The position numbers and the translations under genes were made by a program. Below the pieces are notes generated by a model that was not told where the DNA came from, did not search any database, and was given only the letters and a program-made list of their open reading frames with translations. A stretch of 64,000 nucleotides of DNA from Octopus sinensis (lineage: Eukaryota), in NCBI RefSeq assembly GCF_006345805.1, contig NC_043010.1, positions 23,374,001 through 23,438,000 on the forward strand. Reading direction: 5' to 3'. Below, in pieces: positions 41,352 through 53,356 of this stretch (within the stretch, counting starts at the first letter, position 1; each line of letters starts with the position of its first letter).

Positions 41352-41542
41352 TCATAATAATAACATCGAAAAATACCTTAGGAATGACAACCCTGATTGG
41401 AAATTTCCCCAAGACACCTGAAGAAGGCTGGAGAGTATATCAGCCAAAACGTTGTGTTAACAACAAACAAGATGAGGACAAATATCCATCAAATGTAAAT
41501 AATGTACATAATTCCTCATCTCTCTCATAAATAAAGAACTGT
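41015..41542. mobile_element. second inverted pair of the HHR-bearing SINE-like family
   Basis: arms 41020-41145 (-) and 41358-41542 (+) match the 12.3-13.0 kb locus; HHR cores decayed (CUAAUGA; AAAAC). Confidence 0.85.
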
Positions 41543-41559
41543 ATACATTCTTTTATTCG

Positions 41560-41935
41560 TTTCAATCATTTGACTACGGCCATGCTGGAGCACCGCCTTT
41601 AGTCGAACAAATCGAGACCCAGGAGTTATTCGTTGTACGTCTAGTACTTGTTCTATCGGTTCTTTTGCCGAACCACTAAGTTACGCTGACATAAACACAC
41701 CGACATCGGTTGTCAAGCGACGGTAGGGGCACAAACACAGACGCACAAATACATACACACACACATATACGACGGGCTTCTTTCAGTTTCCGTCTACCAA
41801 ATCCACACACAAGGCTGTGGTCGGCCCGATGCTATAGTAGAAGACAGCTGCCCAAGATGCCACACAGTGGGACTGAACACAGAACCATGTATTTGGGAAG
41901 CAAGCTTCTTACCACAGAGCCACGCCTGCGCCTAT
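41560..41935 (-). mobile_element. SINE family A
   Basis: reverse complement homology. Confidence 0.88.
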
Positions 41936-43094
41936 ATACTGGGTGTTCAGAAATTATCTTTACAACTGCTATAATTTATTCTATTCTATCGTCTAGATGT
42001 ATTTCATGCAGCTAATGGATCCCATCCGAAAGTGTTCTGATATTTCCAACAAAGTTATATTTGTTTTCCAATAAACTCTGCTCAGTTACCTTTATTTTTC
42101 ATGTTTTATTTTCTGAATTTTTTTCAAATTATAAAGGTAATTTATGAATACCTTGTACAATATCCAGCGATCAGATAGATGGATGGTTCGAAAACTAAGG
42201 GGAAAGTATACATTAAATGCGATTCAAATATTTGTCTATACTCGATATATCAGAATTTCTGATACTTCTGAGAGATTTCATGAATTTTTGATATAAAGGT
42301 GATTATCCTAAAGTGCAAAAGCATCTGCTTCATCGAGGGAAGGAATAGAGAGTTCCTTTCGGGACTGACCAAGCAAATGATTTGGCAAATCATAGTCAAT
42401 GGGTTCAAAGTTGACTGGATTCTTTGTTGTTACTCTAGAAGTGAATAATAGCCTTTACCCAAATGTCTCTCTATATCACGGTGGTGTAATAATGATAAGT
42501 CTGTGAGAAGATGTAAAGTATTCTTGATAAGTAGATATAGTGATGCGATAGAAAAGGATAAATTTAAATGACAAGATTGGCAAGAATCCTGCCACCAAAC
42601 TGAAGCCTGGTCAGGAAGAGTTCTACTACGTAAGAGATTCTGAGTTTCGCAGAATTAGAAAGTGTGGATGGAATTGCATTATGCACATATGAAGAGGCAA
42701 AGAATTGTTGTGCAGAAAAGCAATGATGAAATTAATAACGGGATTGCAAAATCTGCCGCTTTGATATTCTGGTTCCTATCATGAGCTTAGCAGTGTTGAA
42801 TTTAGCGTAGCAAATCTTAGAGAAGATGAAATACAATATTGAAGAATTGGAACTGGAAATGGAATGCACCATTTTTAAATTTAATACAAGCACACAAACA
42901 CACACACACACACACACACACACAACACACACACACACACATGCACAAACATATGCTCATGATCAACCTTCATACACATACACCTTCATATGCATACATA
43001 CAAACATATACACTTAAATACATACATACATACATACATACATACATACATACATACATACATACATACATACATACATACATACATGCATGCA

Positions 43095-43430
43095 TAAAGC
43101 TGAAGATCAGCGAAAAAGAGAATACCTATGCTGATCTATTGAGAAATCTGAAGTTACTCTATCCAGGTTACAAGTTCAGGTTTATACCTGTGATTATTGG
43201 GACCCTGGGATATGTAACACACTGCCTAAATACCAATCTTGAGAAATTAGGCTTCTCAAAACCAGAAAGGAGAAAGCTGATTCGAAGACTACAGATCCAA
43301 TCCATTACTGGACCTGTAAAAATCAGTAAAACTTTCCAGAAGTTTATCATTTAAGTATATATGAGCATGTCTAGATATGCAAATGTACGCATGAGAATAC
43401 ATACATAAAGAAAAAACATAAAAATCTGCA
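43095..43430 (+). mobile_element. 3' end of an R4-type RLE LINE embedded in (CATA)n
   Basis: KLKISEKENTYADLLRNLKLLYPGYKFRFIPVIIGTLG...FII*, short 3' UTR, (CATA)n on both sides. Confidence 0.8.
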
Positions 43431-43558
43431 CATATACATACATACATACATACATACATACATACATACATACATACATACATACATGCATGCATACATA
43501 CATGCATAAATACATACATACATACATACATACATACCTACATACATACATACATACA

Positions 43559-43591
<33 letters not shown>

Positions 43592-43718
43592 GCATACATA
43601 CATACATGCATACATACATACATGCATACATACATACATACATACATACATGCATACATGCATACATGCATACCTAGAAGAATCTAGAAGTTTCTAAAGG
43701 TTCAAGAGTTCAAACGAA

Positions 43719-45985
43719 ATACAGAAATACAGAAGAATTACAGAACTACGAATAAGGATACACTTAGAAAAGCCAACTTGGAAATTAAGAAAATCATGGT
43801 TACTCATGGTTTGCAAATGAAAACACAACCACTCAACCCAAGGCAACCAAGATTCATCGTCAAGGACCATAAACCAAACTTCCAAACCAACCCAGCATTA
43901 AGGCTCATTTGCCATTCTAGTTCCAATATCGGTTCCATAAGTAAGTACATTTTAGATAAATACATATCTAGATTAGCTAATAAGCTTAAACTCAATATAT
44001 GGTCTAACTCCACTCAAGTCGTAGAATGGTTCTCTTCCATTTCTATTAAAAATAGCACTAAATTCATTCAATTCGATATTTCCAATTTCAACCCTTCGAT
44101 AAACCCCAGCGTGCTCAATAAGGCCCTATGGCACGTACATAACAAGACAGGGCTGACAAGGGAGGACATTAATATAATTCTAGCCGCTAGAAAATCCTTC
44201 ATTCAATTCGATGATAAGTTATGGGGCCGTAAGGATACTCCCAACGCGTTCGATGTGCCAATGGGAAGCTCAGATAGCGCCCAGGTAGCCGATTTGGTCG
44301 GAATCTATATTCTATATGAATTAGCCGACCAATTCCCGGACATCTGCGGCGGTCTGTATCGAGACGATTGTCTTTTATACCTACAGAATGACCCTAACAG
44401 TAGGATACAGAAGGCTAAAAATAGATTAGTTAGATTTTTCAGCAGGATGGGCATGAGCATAATTTTTGACAACGAACTAACTGAGGCCAATTTCTTAGAT
44501 GTTACCCTAAATTTGCATAATAATTCTTACTTCCCTTACCATAAGCCGTCTACGAACTTAAAATATGTCAGTATTTTCAGTAACCATGCAAAAACTATCA
44601 CCGATAATTTGATTAAAAATATATCCTTAAGACTATCTAAGTTATCAGCAAATGTCGACATTTTTAAACAGAAAGCACAATTTTATAATGCCGCCTTGTC
44701 AAAGGCCGGTTATAGGGATAAGGTATCATATATCGATCCGGCCCGTCCTAAACTAATGTCTGCCCATCAAGATAAGATAACTTCTAATGATAATATAAAT
44801 AACATAAATAGTGATTTCAGCTCTAGCAACGTCGACACAAATATATTTTACAATAATAACTTACGGACCAGGGGAGGCCAGCGTAAACCTAAACCCATTC
44901 TACAACACAGAAATATACCCTTTAATGTAAATGTCAACACTCTCAGCCATTCCAAGAACAAAAAAAACTATATCTGGTTTGTGATTCCTTTCGGGAGATA
45001 AATCAGGTCTAATCTCCCTTTACAATTCCGTGAAGCCGTTACTAAGAATTTTCCTAGGAATTCTAGATACTACTCCACTATAAATTCGCATAAAGTAAGA
45101 ATAGCATTCTCAAATACTAAAAATCTTTCGCAGATAATAGCTTCCCACAATAATAAGCTGCTAAATAGGGTCTCTCCACCCATGAGTAGCGACACCGCCC
45201 TTACCCATTCCAACGTAACATACAATAATAATAATAATAGAAGTAGTATGGATATTAACAACATTCATAGCAGCATTAGCGTTAGCAATAGTAATAATGA
45301 TAATAACATTAGCCATATTATTAACAGTGGTGGTGTTAGTGGTAATAGTACCAGCATTCTTAATAACAGTTATATTATTGATGATAACAATCGCAGCATT
45401 CCTATAGCCAGAGAATTTGCCGACGATATTACAACTAATAGTATCGTGGCCAAAGCCAGCAACAATTTTTTCACCTATCACAACAATAAAAACTCTGTCT
45501 TAGTATCGGAAACCAACCCCAACAGATTAAAGTTCTTCTCCAAAAATTCCAAAATTAGAAACACCACTTACCAATGCAAAATATCTTCTGGAACCGATGT
45601 CTACTTCTATATTGGCGCAACCTCTTCTAAATTAGCCCAAAGGATCTCCAACCATTATTCCACTTTCAGAGATAAGAGAAAGCAACACAGCACGGGGCCA
45701 AGCAAATTAGTCTGGCGTCTGAAGAACAATAACACTACGTTCAAGCTCGAATGGTCCATTTTGTCGGTGTCCTTCCCGTTTGATAAAGGAAGAAAATTTT
45801 GTGGCATCTGTAATTCCGAACTTTTTCATATTTTGTTCGCCAAAGGCCCTTTAATAGACACAATCGTCGAAAGATCCTACAGGTGTTTTCACTGGAAAAG
45901 ACACACCTTTCACTCATATAAAGTGACTAATATAGATAACCCCTCGATTTTTCAAAACAATTTTTGCTATATTTCACACAAATAG
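43719..45985 (+). pseudogene. PLE RT-GIY-YIG ORF with one in-frame TAA (44999-45001)
   Basis: FDISNF, FDVPMGSSDSAQVADLVG, GLYRDD, FLDVTLNL, IWFVIPF, IIASHN, YIGATS..RISNH, CGICNSE; ORFs 43778 and 45182 are in the same frame. Confidence 0.88.
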
Positions 45986-46478
45986 TCAAAAAGATTTTCT
46001 TATATTCCCAATTACTACTATCCATTCTTGCGTTGCCTCTCACCTCGCCCGATTCTTTCTCCCTTTCGCTATCTACTTTCCTTTCTCTACAGTAAACATA
46101 ATCGAACACACAGACACAGACCTTTCACCTCACAGCTGTCAGTTTTCTGACATCTACCCATCCACAAACACAATCACGCATTCAGACACACACATACACA
46201 CATTAAGACAGTTATATACAGTCACACACACAGGCACTCATTCACAAAAGAAATCATTTAAACCCACCATTCTTTTGACCTGCACTCTCTCACCTTACTA
46301 TTCTTATGCCTCCCTCCTCCTACATCGTTTGAACTCTTGAACCTTTAGAAACTTCTAGATTCTTCTACATTCAGCCACTCTGACGTCACTCATTATAAAG
46401 AGACACTCATTATCGCCATGGGCTCCTTGAGAGCGGTCAGCTAAAAGTTTTTTGTGCATTTGGATGCCGACATAAGTT

Positions 46479-46573
46479 CCTTGATTTTCCTGATGAGAAA
46501 TCTGCATAATGTACTCCTTATTCCTTCAGAATTAGGAATATGCAGCCTTCGAAACATATGTCGAGAATAAAGG
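46479..46573 (+). ncRNA. type I hammerhead ribozyme with canonical core and extended stem II
   Basis: CCUUGAUUUUC-CUGAUGA-GAA..CUGCAUA...UAUGCAG..UUC-GAAAC-AUAU-GUC^GAGAAUAAAGG; 11-bp stem I with one mismatch. Confidence 0.85.
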
Positions 46574-46780
46574 ATATTTGTTAACTAGTCGTTCAACTCC
46601 ATTCTTTCATATACTTATAATTTTAAAATAAACATACAAATTTCCGCACGAAGACATGTAGTCTATGCCCTAGGGACGTAGCTTCAACCGTGTTCTTTCT
46701 GATGTGAATTTGCTACCCATGTATCGGTTATCTTTCGAATTATCCTTAATAAGATAGTTCATTCAATTACTCAAATATAT

Positions 46781-46924
<144 letters not shown>

Positions 46925-46960
46925 GAAAGTTGGTTTGTGAAAGCACATGGTTGAATATAT

Positions 46961-49007
46961 AGAAAATAGTAAAAAGTGAAAAAACTACAGAAGGCTTAAA
47001 GGTTAAAAAATATATATATTTGCGTCAATATGTCTGAAGAATATTAAAAAAATTTTTTTCCTTACAATGACGTAGTTTAGAAGAAAGACCGGTTTCGCAT
47101 TTAGCTTTTCAAATTTCTTACAACGTTATGTTTATGTTGAATAGAGTTATCATTATGTTTATGTTTAAAAGAGTTCTAAATAAGGGGAGGTAATGAGTGA
47201 TTTCTTCCGGTGTAAGGGAGATAATCGCTTAAAATTTTTTTCCTTTCCCTTGGTGTGAATTTCTCTGTATCAGTATGTTGGCATGGTTAAGTCTGGGCTT
47301 GTACTTTTCAATGAAGAATGTTTCCTTGTTTAGTCTAATTTCTGTTGATGATCCGATACCACATTGGTAAAATGGAAAGATTAAAAATTGTGGTAGTAGT
47401 TGCTTTGCGCATTTCTCAATGTGCTTACTAAAAGGTATCATTCTGTTTTCTGGGAATGCAATCTGTTGTCAATGCAGTGTGCGTCTACGTCTGAGTGATA
47501 GTCCCGTGGATCCCACGTAGTCTTGGTGGCAGCCCGAGTATTTTATGACATAAATTATGTTTTCAGAGGCACAAGTAAAGTTAGATTTGATCTTGAATTT
47601 CTGTCCCTCTTTAAAGAGGAATTCTGATCCTTCTAGCAGGTTTGGACATGTTGCACAGTTCGATCTACCACATTTTTTTACTTTTGCATCCGTAATTTCA
47701 GAAAACAATTTTGCCTTTGTGAGAATCTTTTTAAGTGATTTAGGTTGTTTGTAGCTTTTAATGATTTGGTGTATGTTTAGAATTTCCTTTAATTTGGGGT
47801 CCTTATGAAGTATTGGTAAATTCTGGGTGATGATGGTGAAGGCTTTTTTGTTTCTGGGGTTGTATGTAGATATGTAAGGTAGTATTTTCGGGGAAGGTGT
47901 GTTGTTGTGTTGAACTTTTCTTAAAGTTTCTATGTTGATTTCTGTTGCACATCTGATCCCGTCCTCTATGAGTTGAGCTGGGTAATGTCTGTCAATTAGG
48001 GTGTTTTTGAGTTCTTGCAGTCTAAAGTTCCTGGTATTTTGTTCTGACACTATTGTGCATATGCTTCTTGCAAGGTTGAAGGGGATGTTTGTTTTAGTGT
48101 GTCTTGGGTGGCATGAATTAAAAATAAGGTATTGTTTGGCGTCTGTAGCTTTGTAAAAAATGTCTGTTTCTATTTTAAGGTTATTTTTTTTAATTAGTAT
48201 ATCCCCAAATCATTAAAAGCTACAAACAACCTAAATCACTTAAAAAGATTCTCACAAAGGCAAAATTGTTTTCTGAAATTACGGATGCAAAAGTTTAAAA
48301 AATGTGGTAGATCGAACTGTGCAACATGTCCAAACCTGCTAGAAGGATCAGAATTCCTCTTCAAAGAGGGACAGAAATTCAAGATCAAATCTAACTTTAC
48401 TTGTGCCTCTGAAAACATAATTTATGTCATAAAATGCTCTGGCTGCCACCAAGACTACGTGGGATCCACGGGACTATCACTCAGACGTAGATGCACACTG
48501 CATCGACAACAGATTGCATTCCCAGAATACAGAATGATACCTTTTAGTGAGCACATTGAGAAATGCGCAAAGCAACTACCACCACAATTTTTAATCTTTC
48601 CATTTTACCAATGTGGTATCGGATCATCAACAGAAATTAGACTAAACAAGGAAACATTCTTCATTGAAAAGTACAAGCCCAGACTTAACCATGCCAACAT
48701 ACTGATACAGAGAAATTCACACCAAGGGAAAGGAAAAAAAATTTAAGCGGTTATCTCCCTTACACTGGAAGAAATCACTCATTACCTCCCCTTATTTAGA
48801 ACTCTTTTAAACATAAACATAACGATAACTCTATTCAACATAAACATAACGTTGTAAGAAATTTGAAAAGCTAAACGCGAAACCGGTCTTTCTTCTAAAT
48901 TATGTCATTGTAAGGAAAATTTTTTTTTATATTCTTCAGACATATTGACGCAAATATATATATTTTTTAACCTTTAAGCCTTCTGTAGTTTTTTCACTTT
49001 TTACTAT

Positions 49008-49012
<5 letters not shown>
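46961..49012. mobile_element. Neptune-type PLE 3' half (-, to ~48210) fused to an inverted copy (+, 48205-49012)
   Basis: thumb FYKATDAKQYL.F.SCHP; linker CGRSNCATC; GIY-YIG NIIYVIKCSGCHQDYVGST..R; near-identical ~810-bp arms. Confidence 0.9.
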
Positions 49013-49077
<65 letters not shown>

Positions 49078-49079
49078 AC

Positions 49080-49377
49080 CCCCCTTCGGTCATGAATGAC
49101 CATGGGATTGCACCTAGAAAGTTACCCTCCTAGACACAAGTCCGGGCAAGGTTGTTTATGGAAGGCCAGCAGTCGCCCATGCATACCGGCCTCCCCTCTC
49201 CACGCCACCAGTGTTATCCAATGGAAAGACAAAGGTCGATACAGCTTGGCACCAGTGACGTCGCAACTCATTTCTACAGCTGAGTGAACTGGAGCAACGT
49301 GAAATAAAGTGCCTTGCTCAAGAACACAACACGCAGCCCGGTCCGGGATTCGAGCTCACAACCTCACGATCGTAAGC

Positions 49378-49380
<3 letters not shown>
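49080..49380 (-). mobile_element. SINE family D
   Basis: homology to 22395-22705. Confidence 0.85.
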
Positions 49381-49429
<49 letters not shown>

Positions 49430-49445
49430 TATAATATATATATAT

Positions 49446-49561
<116 letters not shown>

Positions 49562-49564
49562 GAT

Positions 49565-49800
49565 TAGGTGCAATGGCCCAGAGTTCAGGGCAGTGGACTA
49601 GCCGTTGTAGGATCGCGGTTTCGATTCCCAGACCGGGCATAGTGAATGTTTATCGAGTGAAAACACCCAAAAAGCCCCACGAAGCTCCGACTCAAATTTC
49701 TCTTACTCTTTCTTCTGTTGGCCTGCTCGCTAAGCGCATTGTGACCAGTGATGTGTAGCAACATCTGATAGCCTGGTCGCTCACGGTGATCATGGTGATA
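49565..49800 (+). mobile_element. SINE family C
   Basis: GGTGCAATGGCCCAG...GGTTTCGATTCCCAGACCGG head. Confidence 0.8.
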
Positions 49801-49941
49801 TGATTAGCAGAATGAGATTTTAAAAATCCAAGGCTGTGATACAACATCCTTACGTATCTCACGTCTGTTTTCATTGATCCACTTCACTCTGTATTTCATA
49901 TTTTCTCTCTAATAACAACTGCTTAACCATTTTCTCGCACC

Positions 49942-49989
49942 GTCTCTGATGAAAGGATTTATAAAATATACCGGAAACAGCCGTAAGAC
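49942..49989 (+). ncRNA. solo minimal type I hammerhead motif
   Basis: GUCU-CUGAUGA-(weak stem II)-GAAAC-AGCC-GUA^AGAC. Confidence 0.6.
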
Positions 49990-50194
49990 CTTCTATATAT
50001 GAATGTTCTGAAATCTTTCATAGCCTTGGATTTTATTTTCTCATTCTGCTAATTTTTTTTATATATGACACCTCATTCGTATAATCCCCGAAACTGGAGC
50101 TTAACTATAGTCTGTCTATAGTACTTACTCAGCATTACCTGTGGATCTTCTTGACACCATTGCCTCTCATAACCCATATACATACATACATATT

Positions 50195-50225
<31 letters not shown>

Positions 50226-50879
50226 ATTACTGTGTCTGGGGAGAGTCATTCTCTTTTAGTGCCTTGTTATTTAACACACTCATCGGTTCAATTTCCACTC
50301 ATTTACTTTTTTATTTTTTCTATCATTTCTGTTGCTTCTTGCAACCACTTCAATACTCGTTGACCCTGTCCATGTATGCATGTATGTATATGTGTGTGTA
50401 TGTGTATGCGAATCTATGCGTGTGTGTGTATGCATATATATATGTATGCGTGTGTGTACGTTTGTATGTATGCATTCTGTATATTCACGTGTATGTGTGT
50501 TCATGTTTGTTTTTCCTGTTTGTTTGTATGTGTGTATTTGCGTGTGCAGCTCTGTTTCCTTATGTGTGCATGTTTGAGTGAGTCATGTTTATAGGTTTGT
50601 GTGACAATGTACGTGCATCTGTTATCTATGGATGTGTGTCACCATATGTGCCCTTGCGTGAGTGTGTGAAGTATGCATGTGTTTCAGACTTCTTTTGTGT
50701 ATGTATGTGTTTGTGTGCGTTTGTCTGTCCTCATTAACTATGTACCTATCTATCTATTTATCTGTCTGTTTACTTACATATCCATTTACCTACTTATATA
50801 TATATACATACATACACGTCTGCATAGCCTACAAACAAATCAACTTGTGTATGTATAAACTATGGGTATTGTAGTATCA

Positions 50880-51340
50880 CTACCTTCTCCATATATCTCC
50901 TACTTAGTACTTGGGATATTTCGTTAATCAGTACGTACTCCTGTATTTGTCTGAGTGTTGTGTCCTTTGGGTGCTTGGCTAAAGTGTGGATGACATGTCA
51001 GTCTAGTGTGCCTCCATGTTGATTTTTGGCATGTTGGTAGAGTATGGAAGACTGTTTTTGTCGTCATTTTGTCTCAAATATAATCATTTAGTCTCTCCGC
51101 AATGCTTCCAGATGTCTCGCCAATGTATGTCAAGTCCTTGCCTTTACAAGTACATTCTATGCACCTTATGCTTTAGACTACATTACAGCTAATCTTACAT
51201 ATGATGCAGTTCTCACTGGAGCATGTCGTATTCTCAAAGGATTGTGAACTGATGGAGCTTCAATGATCTTACTGCTGAGTCTGGCCTCCTTCAGAGCTTT
51301 CCTAAATTTAGAAAACTTTTTAGAAAAAATAAATAAGTAA
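50880..51340 (-). mobile_element. degraded PLE GIY-YIG endonuclease relic
   Basis: CIICK...CIECTC...TYIGETSGSIAERL...KDTTLRQIQEYVLINE, with stops. Confidence 0.6.
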
Positions 51341-51699
51341 ATGTGCGGAAATGGAAGCGGTGAGTGTGTTAATCAATAATGCATTAAAACAGAATGACTC
51401 TCTCCAGACACAATAAAATATGCTTCAACACACGAATTCACATAAAGTATCTTACAAACCAAATACAAAAGCAAGATATATATATGTAGTATTTATATAC
51501 GAACAGTTACATACACACACAGTAATATATTTACATTCAGCATGCACTCGCGCGCACACATACGCAGGCACACACGCGCACATAGATACATGCTTGCAAA
51601 CACTGAACACATGTCCTCTGCTGCTGGGTTGCTTCTTGACAAGCTTTTCCTGCTTTGAGTTTCCTGGGGTTTTAAATATGGTTCCGACTACTAATAGAT

Positions 51700-51807
51700 T
51701 CACTATCGCATTCATCATTGTCACCATGGACGTTGTCGTCACCACCACCACAACCATCAACGCCATCATCATCATCATCATTATCATCGTCATCATCGTC
51801 ATCATCG

Positions 51808-51862
<55 letters not shown>

Positions 51863-52683
51863 TGCCACCATCATCTATCTGCTTAAATCGATTCTGTCTG
51901 TTGAAATCTCGCTTATTCTCACACCGGTGAGGTTTGTGTCGATGGTTGGCTGGCGATGGTGCTGCATCTGGTCTTTGATGCTGCTGCTGTTGTTGTTGTT
52001 GGTGGTGGTGCCGGTGATGGTGTTGATGGTGGTGATGATGATGAAGCTGATGCTGATGACGACGACGACGATGATGATGATGATGATGATGGTGTTGATG
52101 GTGGTGAGATGGGCTGGCGATGTTGATTGGGGTCGTGATAATGGTGACGCAGGTGTTGATGGGTGTGGCAATGGTGGTGGAGGTGGTATCGATAGACATG
52201 GTGTTGATGTTCGTAGTTGTCACTGGTGCGGATCTTCGCGTTGTTATTTGCATGGTCTTCTTAGTGAAGATATCGCTGGGGATGGTCATCCATTTAACAG
52301 ATGTTGCTAGCATTCTTCTTCTTTTTATTCTTTTCTTCCCCTTGTTGTTGTTCTTCTTCTCCTTGTTGTTGTTATTGTTCATGTTGTTCTTCACTTCTCT
52401 TTCTTCTTCGCTTTCTTCTTCCCTTTCTTCTATTCTTCACTTTGTTGTAGTTGTTGCTGTTCTCCTTCTTTCCCTTCTTCTTCTTTTCCTTCTTCTTCCT
52501 TTTAGTTTTCCTTTCTTTTATTCTTTTCCTTTTGTTGTTGCTGTCCTTCTTTCCATTCTTCACCTTCTTCTCTTCTTCTTCTTCTTCTTCTTCTTCTTCT
52601 TCTTCTTCTTCTTCTTTTCTTCTTCTTCTTCTTCCTTCCCCTTCTTTCCTTGTTGTTGTTTTCTTCCTCTTCTTCTCCTCCCC
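51700..52683. repeat. degenerate (CAT)/(GAT)/(TTC) trinucleotide arrays
   Basis: direct sequence. Confidence 0.92.
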
Positions 52684-52783
52684 NNNNNNNNNNNNNNNNN
52701 NNNNNNNNNNNNNNNNNNNNNNNNNNNNNNNNNNNNNNNNNNNNNNNNNNNNNNNNNNNNNNNNNNNNNNNNNNNNNNNNNNN
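52684..52783. other. assembly gap (100 N)
   Basis: run of N. Confidence 1.
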
Positions 52784-53084
52784 ATTGGCGCTAAATTTCG
52801 AAACCGGTACCAGGTTGACCTGCATTTCCTTGTTCTGACCCATTTGAGGTGAGACATATTATTGTTCACTGATATTTTTCCTATCATGTCTGTAACAGAT
52901 TTCTGACTATTCGGTGGTATAGAAGTATTTTTTTACTTCTATCTTTAGCGATATAGGTACTCACGATATAGGTACTTCTGTATATACGTACATATCTAAT
53001 ATTGTATGTATATATTTTATTAATATATATATATACGCATATTTATACATACATATATACACATATATATATGTTTGTATATAT

Positions 53085-53290
53085 ATGCCCAGTGGTAGGC
53101 AGCGGACTTGCGGTGGGCGGAGGATCGCGTTTCGATTCCCAGACCGGGGCGTTTGTGTGGTTTATGAGCGAAAACACCTAAAAGCTCCACGAGGCTCCGG
53201 CAGGGGATGGTGGTGATCCCTGCTGTACTCTTTCACCACTCTAAAAGGCGGTGCTCCAGCATGGCCGCAGTCAAATGACTGAAACAAGTA

Positions 53291-53295
<5 letters not shown>
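53085..53295 (+). mobile_element. SINE C 5' part joined to a SINE A 3' tail
   Basis: C head and core, then AAAGGCGGTGCTCCAGCATGGCCGCAGTC. Confidence 0.75.
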
Positions 53296-53329
<34 letters not shown>

Positions 53330-53356
53330 GTGTGTGTGTAGGTAGATAGATAGATA

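Larger units (their letters stand above)
43675..46640 (+). mobile_element. Penelope-like element (Naiad/Chlamys-like), 5'-truncated, with a 43-bp inverted segment at the 5' end
   Basis: RT plus C-terminal GIY-YIG; 43675-43717 is the exact reverse complement of 46325-46367; HHR in 3' region; right boundary approximate. Confidence 0.88.

Noticed and set aside
41995-42870. Coding-like minus-strand sequence, possibly a decayed transposase
   Set aside because: Many stops and no recognisable motif, so it cannot be assigned.
44999-45001. In-frame stop as possible selenocysteine (some Naiads encode selenoproteins)
   Set aside because: The codon is TAA, not TGA, so it is most likely a nonsense mutation.
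51672-52394. Poly-H/Q/D ORF resembling a transcription-factor low-complexity region
   Set aside because: Degenerate trinucleotide arrays, open on both strands, with no domain or splice evidence.
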